A stretch of 42,368 nucleotides of DNA from a virus. Shown here one piece after another: positions 1-8,863 of the stretch. Both the position numbers and the translations under genes were made by a program. Position 1 is the stretch's first letter. The number at the start of each line of letters is the position of its first letter. A model generated the notes under the pieces. The model did not search any database. It was not told the origin of the DNA and saw only the letters and a list, made by a program, of their open reading frames with translations. The stretch spans positions 1 to 42,368 of the IMG/VR virus record IMGVR_UViG_3300045988_008159; one strand, 5' to 3'.

Positions 1-141
1 AGGGCAGCTACGCAAGGCTCGACGCGGCCAAGGCGTTTGACGGGATGGGGATCGAGGAGCGGACGCTGCGGTATGCGGGGGAGGTCTATCATTTCGGAGA
101 CAGCCTCACGCAGCGGATGATCCGCGAGTACAACGCCCAGA
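1..141. repeat. Terminal direct repeat, copy 1 (identical to 42228-42368); overlap of a circular assembly
   Basis: Both window ends read agggcagctacgcaaggctcgacg...gagtacaacgcccaga in the same orientation. The match is 141 nt with no mismatch. Confidence 0.97.
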
Positions 142-3100
142 AGGGGAAAAACAAGGGCGTGAGCGCGGCGGAATACGCGCAGCACGTCCGGGACGTTTTC
201 GACAGAGGCGCGCTGGGTGAAAGCCTTGCAGGCACAAAAGACAGGCTGCTGGGAGACGGCATGACGAGGGCGGCATGGAACGCCGGAAAGGGGTTTATCA
301 ATGGCGAGGAAGCAGGAAGCACGGCTGCTGATGACGGCGGCAAACGGGATGCAGGTATGGATTCCGGAGAACAGGCTGGAGCAGTGGCAGAGGGCACAGG
401 AGGCGCAAAAACGCGATCCGCAAAGGCAAGCGCAGTCGCGGAACGAATTGAGCTCGAAAATCGCGTCCGCGCTGCGGGACAGCCGTACCTGAGCGGAAAG
501 GACATTGGACTGGAAAAGGGGTCGGCGCAGCGGAGCTTCCGCGAGGCCCCGGAGAGCACATGGACGGACAGCATGAAGGCTGCCGCCGCAATGCTCCGGC
601 GCGAGGGCTTCAAGGACGTGCATTTCACGGTCGGCGCGATCAGCATCGAGAATCAAAAAGCGAAGGTCACACGGTACGCGGATGGCGTGGTCATGGGCGA
701 CGCGGTGTGGATCAATGCGACGTCGAAGAAATGGACCGTGGAGCAGCTGGCAAAGCACGAGGCGTTCCACCATCAGATCAAGGACTGGCCGTATGCCATG
801 GACGCGGTGCGGCAGACACTGGCAGACGAGCTGGGCGAGGACGGCATTCAGGAGCTTGCACAGCGGTATGCCGAGGCATACGAGGGCTGCTACGACGGCG
901 CGGAGCTGGATACGTACATCGAAGAGATCTGCGCGGACGCCTACGCGGGCATGGACCGGATGCCGGAAGCAAAGACGCAGATCATACAAAAAGCCGCCCG
1001 GCAGGCGCAGGAGGCCCAGCAGGCGGCAGAAGAAAACGGCGGGACCAGAGGCCCGCCGGAGAAGTATTCAGTCAATGAAGGATTCAGCAAGGATGTCGCG
1101 GAGTGGTATCGAGATGGGATGCCGGAGGGAGAAGCATTCGTGCTTGGCTCTACTGGCGAGACGCTGCAGGGGCTTGGTGCGATTGAAAGCGACGTCTATA
1201 TGAATGGCGATAAGATCAACACCATTCTAAGGGAACATCCAGAAATGACAATCCGGGAGATTCAGAAGATTCCGGAATTGCTGGATGACCCGATTCTGAT
1301 TTTGAAAAGCAAAGGCTCTGGCAAAGGCGGGAACAGCCGTTTGGTGCTGTTCGGCTCGATCAATACGCAGGACGGTCAGCCTGTCCTTGCGGTGCTCGAT
1401 CTGCGTCCAAGGGAGAACGGATTTGTTCTGGACGATATGCAGAAGGTTAACAGCGCATACGCGAAAGCAAACCCCGCATCGTTCATTTCGCAGAGTGACG
1501 TTCTGTTTGCGGACAAAAAAAGAACCGTCCCGCTTCTTCGCCGATTCGGGCTTACAGTAACGTCCCGAGAGCTTCTGCGTGATGGTTCTATAGGTAGTAT
1601 ATCCTACCGTGGGAACAGTGTCAACATCTCGGGAGAGAAATTTTCTTCCATCGTCGAAATGGCAGACCAGCCTATGGATGCGAAATTTTCTGCTGACGAT
1701 ACCACAGCAACGCCGCAGGAAAACGACAAGACCGCACTCGCCTACTTTGGGCGGACATACAAATGGAGCGAGACGGGCTATGTTCTGCTGAACGGTGCGC
1801 GGCTGGACTTCTCCGGACGGCACGAGGGCGGCTCCGGCGGATACCGCAGCGTCGATCACAGGGACATCATTGACGCACTCGGCGAGGACTACGGCGGAGG
1901 AGACTACACGGGCGGCATGGTGCGCTTCATGCAGGAGGGCAACATCCGCATTTCCCCGGAGAGCGGCGGCATCAACCTTGCCGTCATGCCGACGAAGGCA
2001 CAGATGGACTCGCTCAGCGACTTCATCAGCAAGGAGCGCGGCGAGGTCATTCTGGACATTGACGACGCAAGCGGAAACACGATCTCCAGCACGGAGTATC
2101 CGCGCGGCACGCACGCAAACAAGGTTTTGCAGGACATCCGCAATTACTTTAACGACGGCACGCTGCCGGAGGTGAGCAATGCCCCGTCGGTCAGCCAGTT
2201 CCGCTATTCGGTGGCGGAGGATGCGCAGGAGGCGGGTGGGACAACCGCCTTCACGCTGGACAGCATTCCGAAGAAGGCGCAGGACTATCTGCGCAGAGTG
2301 CGCGGGCAGACAGCGGCGGCCATCCAGCAGACGCTTTCGATGCCGTTTGCGGCACGTCAGGAGGTCTTGAAGCCTGCCATTGAGGAAATGATGAACGAAT
2401 ATCTCCAGACCGGCAGGATCTCGCAGGAGACGGTAGACAGGAACTTTGAGGAGTCCTACAGGCGCGGCGTGGAGATGGACACGGAATTTTACGACCAGTA
2501 CAAGGACGTAAAAACGCGGCTGCGCGATCTGAAAGTCACGCTGTCGGAGGCAGACCGGGCGGACATTGCGGACTTTGACGATTTCAGAAGGGCTGCTTCG
2601 GGGCGGCTGCGCATCGCAAACGAGGGCGGATTGCCGGTCGATGTGGCATACAAGGAAATGCAGCAGATGGCGCCGGAGCTGTTCCCGGAGAGCATCACGC
2701 ATCCGGCGGATCAGCTCATGCGGATGTTCGAGGTATCGAAGCGAATCGAGAAGGTGCAGATGTCGCTGGACGAATACCACGGCGAGGACGCGGAGGAATT
2801 CAAGCGCTGGGCAAAGAACGACTACGAGGCCAGCGTGGAGAACATGCTGGGAGCGCTGAATGTGGCAAGGCGGTATGCCGAGGCGCGGATGCGGCAGCAG
2901 CAGGCGCGGGCCGTCCCCACGACGATGGAGGAGGTCAAAAGCCTGTACGCAGACCTCAAGGGCCTGCGGCGGACGTATGAGCGGGCGGCGGCAAAGAACC
3001 TGCTGACGGCGGAGGACAACAGCGTCCTGAATCGCCTCCTGCGCGGCGAGATCACGCCGGAGGACGTGCAGGGCATGGAGAATGCGCAGGGCATCCTTGC

Positions 3101-6100
3101 CATGTACGAGGCAAAGGCAGACTATGACGCGGCGGCGGCGAAGATCGCAGACTGGCGGCGATATCGGAAGGGCAAGCTCCGCGAGCAGGCGGACAACCTT
3201 CTGAAAAACGCGGAGAAGGCCAAGGACAAGACGGCCGGGATCGAGTACAGCCGGGAGACGATGACGCGCAACGTCCGGGATATCTTCCCGGAGGCGGACG
3301 CGGAGGCGATCAACAAGACGTATTTCGAGCCAGTCCGGACGGCCAGCGCGAACGCGAACAAGCTGAAAAACAAGCTGCGCGAGCAGGTCAAGAAGCTGAA
3401 TCTGCGCCGGAAGGCCCGCAAGGGCGACGCCGTGAGCGAGGCGCACGCGGTGCAGCTGCTGGGAGAGGCACAGGACAACATCCGGTATCTGGAGCAGCAC
3501 CCGAGGGCGCAGGACCGGGACGGCAAGACGCTCAATGAATGGCGGCAGATCGTGCTGGATCTGTGGGCGACGAGTCCGGGGCTGGACCGGGCGAAGATCG
3601 AAAACGCCGTGGAGACGTTCCGGAAGATCTATGACGGGCTATTTGAGCAGATGAACGACGTGCGCATCCGAAACGGCTATGAGCCGATCAACTACCGGAA
3701 GGGCTATTTCCCCCACTTCCAGAAGGGGACGACGGACGGCATTCTGGGGCTGATGGGAAAGGCGCTCGGCATCGACGCAGAGGTGACAGCACTGCCGACG
3801 ACCATCAGCGGACTGACGCACACCTTCAAGCCGGGCATCACCTACTTCGGAAATGCGCTGGAGCGCATCGGCTTTGACACGGAGTATGACGCGGTGGCGG
3901 GCTTTGACAAGTACGTGGAGGGCGCGGCCAGCGTGATCTGCTACACGGACGCCATCCAGAAGCTGCGGGCGCTTGCACAGCAAGTGCGATACCGCACATC
4001 GGACGAGGGACTGCGGGAGCGGGTGGACGACGTCCGAGCAAGAGACGATCTGACCGAGCACCAGAAGGAACTGGAGATCGAGGCGATCATGAAGCAGGGG
4101 CGCTTTTCGCTTTCGAACTTCGCGGTGGAGCTGGACGAATACATAAATCTGCTGGCAAACAAGAAGAGCAAGTATGACCGAAGCATGGAGCATCTGGGCG
4201 GGCGCAAGCTCTACAATTTCATGAGGGCATGGCAGAACCGGGTGGCGGCGAACATGGTCGCGGTCAACCCGGCGTCGTGGCTGACGAACTTCGGCGTTAT
4301 CACGCAGGCGGGGGCGCAGCTCAAGACGATCTCCGTGCTCAAGGGAATGTGGCAGACGCTGGCAAACATCAAGACGAGCGACGGACTTGTGGAAGCGAGC
4401 GACTTCCTCACAAACCGCGCCGGAAGCGATCCACTGGTCCGAACCTGGCAGCAGAGCGCAAGCGCGTTTCTGTCCACACCAATGGAGTGGATCGACCAGT
4501 TTTCAGCGGGAACCATTGTCCGGGCACGGTACATGGAGAACATCGAACGCGGCATGAGCGAGGAGACGGCGATGCGCGAGGCGGACGATTTCGCGGCAAA
4601 CGTGATGGCAGACCGCTCGAAGGGCGCGATGCCGACGATCTTTGAGTCGCGAAATCCGCTTATGAAAATGCTCACGCAGTTCCAGCTGGAGGTCAACAAC
4701 ACATATTCGTATCTCTTCAAGGATCTCCCGCGCGAGCAGCGGAAGAAGGGCGTCCGATATCTGGCACTGGCGCTGTTCAAGTTCCTGATCGGCGGATTCC
4801 TTTACAACGAGCTATATGAATATCTCATCGGAAGACGCCCGATGCTCGATCCGCTGGGGATCGTCAACGACACAGTGGGCGATCTGACGGGGTATGAGCT
4901 GAATAATCTGGTGGACGCTGCGACCGGCGGCGGACTTATCAAGGAGTCGGAGCAGGAGAGCGCGATTAGAAGCGCAGGAAACCTTGCAGAAAACGTGCTG
5001 AGTGAGCTCCCGGCAACGGCAGCACTGAACCTTGTCGGGCTCGAAATTGACGGTGGAAAGCTGCCGTTCGGAAGTTCTTTCCCGGACCTCGGGAATATCA
5101 AATCAGCGCTGAACTCGGAGACCGCGACGGACGAGGAAAAGCTGGCGAAGATCGGGAAGGAAATGATCAACCCGGCGGCATACTGGCTGCTGCCGTTCGG
5201 CGGCGGGCAGATCAAGAAAATGTGGCAGGGCATCAGCGCTCTGAAACGGCAGGGCAGCTATACGGCGAACGGGCGGCTCCAGTATCCGATCTACACCGAC
5301 CGGAAGGGAGACAAGGCGAATGCCGTCTGGCGGACGCTGCTGTTCGGCAAGAGCGCGACGCCGGAGGCGCAGGCGTGGGTCGAGGCGGGCTTCGGCGCGC
5401 TGAGCGAGAAGGCGACGCAGACGTATGAGGCGATGCGCGCCGGAGGAGTTGACCAGAGAGACAGCTATGAGCTCATCAAGGCCATGTCCAAGGTCAAAAA
5501 GACCGACACGCAGACCAAGGAGCAGCTGCAAATGCAGCTCCTCAATGCGTTCGACATTGAGGACAGCGGGAAGGTGCTGTACTACTACAACATGATGGCA
5601 AGCGACAAGGAGCGGGCGCAGATCGACAAGCTGCTGGCAGAGGGCGCGGACATGGGAGAATACCTCCGGTATCTGCAAGAAAAGTCCGGCGTGACCGGCG
5701 AGAAGGACGCAGACGGAAAGACGATCTCCGGAAGCGTGAAAGCGGAGACCATCGCGCTGATAGACGGGCTCAATCTGTCGCCGGAACAGAAAACGGAGCT
5801 GGCGAAGGAGGACTACACGCCAACGGGATTTGAGCCTTGGACGGAAAACCACGACAAGCTTTACAAGGCCGTATCGACCGGGAAGGATCTGCGGAGCACG
5901 CTCAAGGGCCTTGAAAAGGACGGATACGAGCCGAAGGAGATCCGCGCGGCCATCACGGACATGTTCCGCGACGAGTATCTGGCGGCGGACAAGGCCGGGA
6001 AAGCAAGGCTCAAGGGATACCTGCGGAACGCATTCATGGTGAGCGGACTTTCGCAGAAGGAAGCGGAAAACAAGATCAAGAAATGGGAGGAGGCGCAGAA

Positions 6101-6104
6101 ATGA
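1..6104 (+). CDS. Giant polyvalent virion protein, C-terminal part (continuation of 39212-42368); zincin HExxH plus a MuF-C/PBECR-like block plus a hydrophobic C-terminal region
   Basis: The frame is open from base 3, so the Met at 45 used by the track is internal. The phase matches 39212 once 42228 is equated with 1. HEAFH lies at 756-770. The block LREHPEMTIREIQKIPELLDDPILILKS lies at about 1230-1310. Hydrophobic stretches lie at about 4230-4330 and 4750-4830. Stop TGA is at 6102-6104. Confidence 0.88.
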   Translation, partial: GSYARLDAAKAFDGMGIEERTLRYAGEVYHFGDSLTQRMIREYNAQKGKNKGVSAAEYAQHVRDVFDRGALGESLAGTKDRLLGDGMTRAAWNAGKGFINGEEAGSTAADDGGKRDAGMDSGEQAGAVAEGTGGAKTRSAKASAVAERIELENRVRAAGQPYLSGKDIGLEKGSAQRSFREAPESTWTDSMKAAAAMLRREGFKDVHFTVGAISIENQKAKVTRYADGVVMGDAVWINATSKKWTVEQLAKHEAFHHQIKDWPYAMDAVRQTLADELGEDGIQELAQRYAEAYEGCYDGAELDTYIEEICADAYAGMDRMPEAKTQIIQKAARQAQEAQQAAEENGGTRGPPEKYSVNEGFSKDVAEWYRDGMPEGEAFVLGSTGETLQGLGAIESDVYMNGDKINTILREHPEMTIREIQKIPELLDDPILILKSKGSGKGGNSRLVLFGSINTQDGQPVLAVLDLRPRENGFVLDDMQKVNSAYAKANPASFISQSDVLFADKKRTVPLLRRFGLTVTSRELLRDGSIGSISYRGNSVNISGEKFSSIVEMADQPMDAKFSADDTTATPQENDKTALAYFGRTYKWSETGYVLLNGARLDFSGRHEGGSGGYRSVDHRDIIDALGEDYGGGDYTGGMVRFMQEGNIRISPESGGINLAVMPTKAQMDSLSDFISKERGEVILDIDDASGNTISSTEYPRGTHANKVLQDIRNYFNDGTLPEVSNAPSVSQFRYSVAEDAQEAGGTTAFTLDSIPKKAQDYLRRVRGQTAAAIQQTLSMPFAARQEVLKPAIEEMMNEYLQTGRISQETVDRNFEESYRRGVEMDTEFYDQYKDVKTRLRDLKVTLSEADRADIADFDDFRRAASGRLRIANEGGLPVDVAYKEMQQMAPELFPESITHPADQLMRMFEVSKRIEKVQMSLDEYHGEDAEEFKRWAKNDYEASVENMLGALNVARRYAEARMRQQQARAVPTTMEEVKSLYADLKGLRRTYERAAAKNLLTAEDNSVLNRLLRGEITPEDVQGMENAQGILAMYEAKADYDAAAAKIADWRRYRKGKLREQADNLLKNAEKAKDKTAGIEYSRETMTRNVRDIFPEADAEAINKTYFEPVRTASANANKLKNKLREQVKKLNLRRKARKGDAVSEAHAVQLLGEAQDNIRYLEQHPRAQDRDGKTLNEWRQIVLDLWATSPGLDRAKIENAVETFRKIYDGLFEQMNDVRIRNGYEPINYRKGYFPHFQKGTTDGILGLMGKALGIDAEVTALPTTISGLTHTFKPGITYFGNALERIGFDTEYDAVAGFDKYVEGAASVICYTDAIQKLRALAQQVRYRTSDEGLRERVDDVRARDDLTEHQKELEIEAIMKQGRFSLSNFAVELDEYINLLANKKSKYDRSMEHLGGRKLYNFMRAWQNRVAANMVAVNPASWLTNFGVITQAGAQLKTISVLKGMWQTLANIKTSDGLVEASDFLTNRAGSDPLVRTWQQSASAFLSTPMEWIDQFSAGTIVRARYMENIERGMSEETAMREADDFAANVMADRSKGAMPTIFESRNPLMKMLTQFQLEVNNTYSYLFKDLPREQRKKGVRYLALALFKFLIGGFLYNELYEYLIGRRPMLDPLGIVNDTVGDLTGYELNNLVDAATGGGLIKESEQESAIRSAGNLAENVLSELPATAALNLVGLEIDGGKLPFGSSFPDLGNIKSALNSETATDEEKLAKIGKEMINPAAYWLLPFGGGQIKKMWQGISALKRQGSYTANGRLQYPIYTDRKGDKANAVWRTLLFGKSATPEAQAWVEAGFGALSEKATQTYEAMRAGGVDQRDSYELIKAMSKVKKTDTQTKEQLQMQLLNAFDIEDSGKVLYYYNMMASDKERAQIDKLLAEGADMGEYLRYLQEKSGVTGEKDADGKTISGSVKAETIALIDGLNLSPEQKTELAKEDYTPTGFEPWTENHDKLYKAVSTGKDLRSTLKGLEKDGYEPKEIRAAITDMFRDEYLAADKAGKARLKGYLRNAFMVSGLSQKEAENKIKKWEEAQK

Positions 6105-6457
6105 GCGCGGCAAACACGATCCCCGGCGCGCGGGTCAGCCCGCGCATTGCGAACGGGTGCATTTGCTGGTATGAGGGAGACACGTTCTCCCTCCGGCTCC
6201 GGCTGGAGCTGGAGGACCAGGACGGCGCGGACGTGGCCATCGGGCAGACGGACACGATCAAGGTCACATTCTACGACTGGACAAAGAAGGCCGTGCAGGA
6301 ATTCTCCTTCACCGGCGCGGACGAGAACACGGTCACGCTGGCGTTCACGGACGAGGTGACGGCCAAGTTCCCGCGCGGCATCTACCGGTACGACATTTTA
6401 TACACGCACGGCAACCGGACCACGCTTGCGAGCGGGAACATTGCGCGTGTGGAATAA
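6101..6457 (+). CDS. Hypothetical virion protein (118 aa)
   Basis: ATGA start/stop overlap with the giant gene. GGGAGGAGG lies upstream. The track start at 6083 is an upstream extension in the same frame. Confidence 0.7.
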   Translation: MSAANTIPGARVSPRIANGCICWYEGDTFSLRLRLELEDQDGADVAIGQTDTIKVTFYDWTKKAVQEFSFTGADENTVTLAFTDEVTAKFPRGIYRYDILYTHGNRTTLASGNIARVE

Positions 6458-6469
6458 GGAGGCGAGGGT

Positions 6470-7084
6470 ATGAAAATCGAAATTCCGGAAAGCGTGATGG
6501 TGACGATCCACGGCCTCATTTCCAGAGGCATCAAGGCTGTGGCGGTATCAGACGAAGGGCATCTGATCTTTACGCTGACGGACGGAAGCACCGTTGACCT
6601 CGGAGACATCCGGGGACCGGCAGGCCCAACGGGCAAGCAGGGGCCGCCAGGCCCCGCAGGCGCAGACGGCAAGGACGGCGCGACCGGCCCGCAGGGCCGT
6701 CCGGGTCCGAAGGGAGACAGCTTCCAGACCGTGGTAGAGGACGACGGAAACGGAAACATCATCATCCGGGCGCTGACGACCGAGGGAACCGGAACGAGCG
6801 GGCAGAACGGATACACGTTCACGCCGTCCGTCAGCGCGGAGGGCGTTATCAGCTGGACGAACGACGGAGGCTTGGAGAATCCGACGCCGGTCAACATCAA
6901 AGGGCCTGCGGGCGCTACGGGCGCGACGGGGGCACCGGGCGCGACGGGGGCACCGGGCGCGAAGGGTGCGGACGGCAAGACGCCCGTCAAGGGGACGGAT
7001 TATTTTACAGAAGCGGACAAAACAGAAATGGTGAATGCCGTTCTGGAAGCGCTTCCGAATGGAGATGTGGCGACATATGGCTGA
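6470..7084 (+). CDS. Collagen-like repeat tail fibre protein
   Basis: There are two Gly-X-Y runs: GPAGPTGKQGPPGPAGADGKDGATGPQGRPGPKGD (6614-6718) and GPAGATGATGAPGATGAPGAKGADGKT. RBS GGAGG precedes ATG 6470. Confidence 0.85.
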   Translation: MKIEIPESVMVTIHGLISRGIKAVAVSDEGHLIFTLTDGSTVDLGDIRGPAGPTGKQGPPGPAGADGKDGATGPQGRPGPKGDSFQTVVEDDGNGNIIIRALTTEGTGTSGQNGYTFTPSVSAEGVISWTNDGGLENPTPVNIKGPAGATGATGAPGATGAPGAKGADGKTPVKGTDYFTEADKTEMVNAVLEALPNGDVATYG

Positions 7085-7856
7085 GAACGATAAGGTAGTA
7101 GTCACAAAGAGCAAGCTCGACGCGCTGGCGTCGGCGCTGCGGACGATCTTCGGGTTTACCGGAAAGAAAACCATCGAGCAGCTGACCGAGGAGGCCGGGC
7201 ATTATGATCCGCGGCCGGACATTTCCGATGCGACGGCGACCGCCGCGCAGATCCTCAAACCGTACACGGCGTATGTCAACGGCGGAAAGGTCACGGGTGA
7301 GATTGAAAGCCTCGCGGCAACGGCCTATGCGCCGTCCACACGGCCGCAGACCATCCCCACCGGGAAGTATCTCGCGGGCGCACAGACCATTCAGGCAATG
7401 AAATTGCAGAACAAGACGGTCACGCCGGGCGCTTCGGATATCTCCGTGACGAAGGATGCAGCATATGACGCGCTGGGGTCGGTGCTTGTGAAGGGCGTCC
7501 AGTACCCAGTGCTCGTCAAAAGGACCATGACGGCGGCAGAGGTATCCAACGACAAGAAAACACTGGTGCTGAGCGAGGCGGAGACGCAGCTGGTCCAAGC
7601 GAGTCCCCCGTCCTTTGCGCTGGTCTACACGAAAAGCACGATCACGGGAAACAATGTCGTGTGTTCATTCTGCAGCGAAGATTTCAGTGCGTATATGTCC
7701 ATGACCGCGACCGGCGCAAAGGCGGAGAAGTACGCATACGGCGGTGTGGCATACAACAGCAGCGGACGCGCAGTGTTTGCGCTGCCCAATACGATCACAG
7801 CAACGTTCGCAAGCGTGCCGTATGAGATTCTGATTTTGGGAGGTGGCAGTTGGTGA
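7077..7856 (+). CDS. Tail fibre-associated protein (259 aa)
   Basis: ATG 7077 overlaps the stop of the preceding gene. The N-terminus (KSKLDALASALRTIFG) resembles the N-terminus of the 8860 fibre protein. It sits between the two collagen-like genes. Confidence 0.6.
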   Translation: MAENDKVVVTKSKLDALASALRTIFGFTGKKTIEQLTEEAGHYDPRPDISDATATAAQILKPYTAYVNGGKVTGEIESLAATAYAPSTRPQTIPTGKYLAGAQTIQAMKLQNKTVTPGASDISVTKDAAYDALGSVLVKGVQYPVLVKRTMTAAEVSNDKKTLVLSEAETQLVQASPPSFALVYTKSTITGNNVVCSFCSEDFSAYMSMTATGAKAEKYAYGGVAYNSSGRAVFALPNTITATFASVPYEILILGGGSW

Positions 7857-8863
7857 AAGAGCTGAAAAGCATCAAATTTCCGGGGCTGGAGGACGTATAC
7901 AAGATTCCGGCGGGCGGGTCGGGCGGTACCGGGCAGGACGGCAAGGACGGCATTACGCCGACGATCGGAGCAAACGGGAACTGGTATCTCGGCGACGAGG
8001 ACACCGGGAAGCCGTCGAGGGGTGCAACCGGCCCGCAGGGTGCGACCGGCCCCGCAGGCCCGGACGGCGCTCCCGGCAAAGACGGAAGCCCCGGCAAGGA
8101 TGGAGCACCCGGTAAGGATGGCGTGACGCCGGATATCAAGATCGGGAAGGTGATGACACTGCCCGCAGGAAGCGAGGCTACGGCCAGCATGGGCGGAACT
8201 GCCGCACAGCCTACGCTTAACCTCGGAATTCCGAAGGGCGCAAACGGGGACAATGCGAATGTCACGAAGGATGCGGTTGTCGGTGCGCTCGGGTTTACGC
8301 CTATCGGGGCTGCTGATGTGCCGGTAAAAAGCGTGAATGGGCAGACGGGCGAGACGAAAACAAACTGGTATTTCGACGTGACTGGCAGCGTGGCGTCCCC
8401 CACGACAACGCAGACGGTCGCGCAGATCGTGGCTGCACAGGAAGCTGGTTTTGCACCAATTTGTTCAGCTACGTTCTCTGATTTTAAGGGACTGCCTGCG
8501 ACACTTCCGGCACTCGTGGTTTCCAGCATGGTATGTGTGTTCGGCGGTATTGGCTCGATGGGCCAGAAGGTCTCTTACTTAACCGTTATGATCGACGGCG
8601 CTGGAAATCTGACGGCGAAAACGGACGATGTTGCAGCCAAGGATGATATCCCCACGCCTCCGACGGAACTTAAAAATCCTTATTCGCTAAACATCAAGAT
8701 TGGGGATGAGACGACGAGCTACGACGGAAGCGCGGAGAAAACCGTGGAAATCCCAAAAGGTGTTCCGGCTGTTACAGCCGCTGATAACGGGAAAATTCTT
8801 CGTGTAATAAATGGGGCATGGGCGGTTGCAGAACTGCTCAGTGCGGGAGGTGCTTCATTTTGA
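7850..8863 (+). CDS. Collagen-like repeat tail fibre protein
   Basis: The Gly-X-Y run GATGPQGATGPAGPDGAPGKDGSPGKDGAPGKDGVT is accompanied by a shorter run, GGSGGTGQDGKDGIT. The start is TTG 7850 or GTG 7853. Confidence 0.85.
   Translation: MVKELKSIKFPGLEDVYKIPAGGSGGTGQDGKDGITPTIGANGNWYLGDEDTGKPSRGATGPQGATGPAGPDGAPGKDGSPGKDGAPGKDGVTPDIKIGKVMTLPAGSEATASMGGTAAQPTLNLGIPKGANGDNANVTKDAVVGALGFTPIGAADVPVKSVNGQTGETKTNWYFDVTGSVASPTTTQTVAQIVAAQEAGFAPICSATFSDFKGLPATLPALVVSSMVCVFGGIGSMGQKVSYLTVMIDGAGNLTAKTDDVAAKDDIPTPPTELKNPYSLNIKIGDETTSYDGSAEKTVEIPKGVPAVTAADNGKILRVINGAWAVAELLSAGGASF

Noticed and set aside
1227-3500. Long - strand ORF (757 aa) antisense to the giant gene. Similar long antisense ORFs occur at 27973-29097, 32950-34665, 34709-35926, 37621-39387 and 41447-42319.
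   Set aside because: They are Arg/Leu/Pro/His-rich and low-complexity, and lack RBS or operon context. Each lies opposite a + strand gene with clear motifs. These are typical stop-poor shadow frames of high-GC DNA.
45-6104. Met at 45 as the true start of a 2,019-aa protein
   Set aside because: The frame is open back to base 3 and continues from 39212-42368 through the 141-nt overlap. No RBS precedes position 45.
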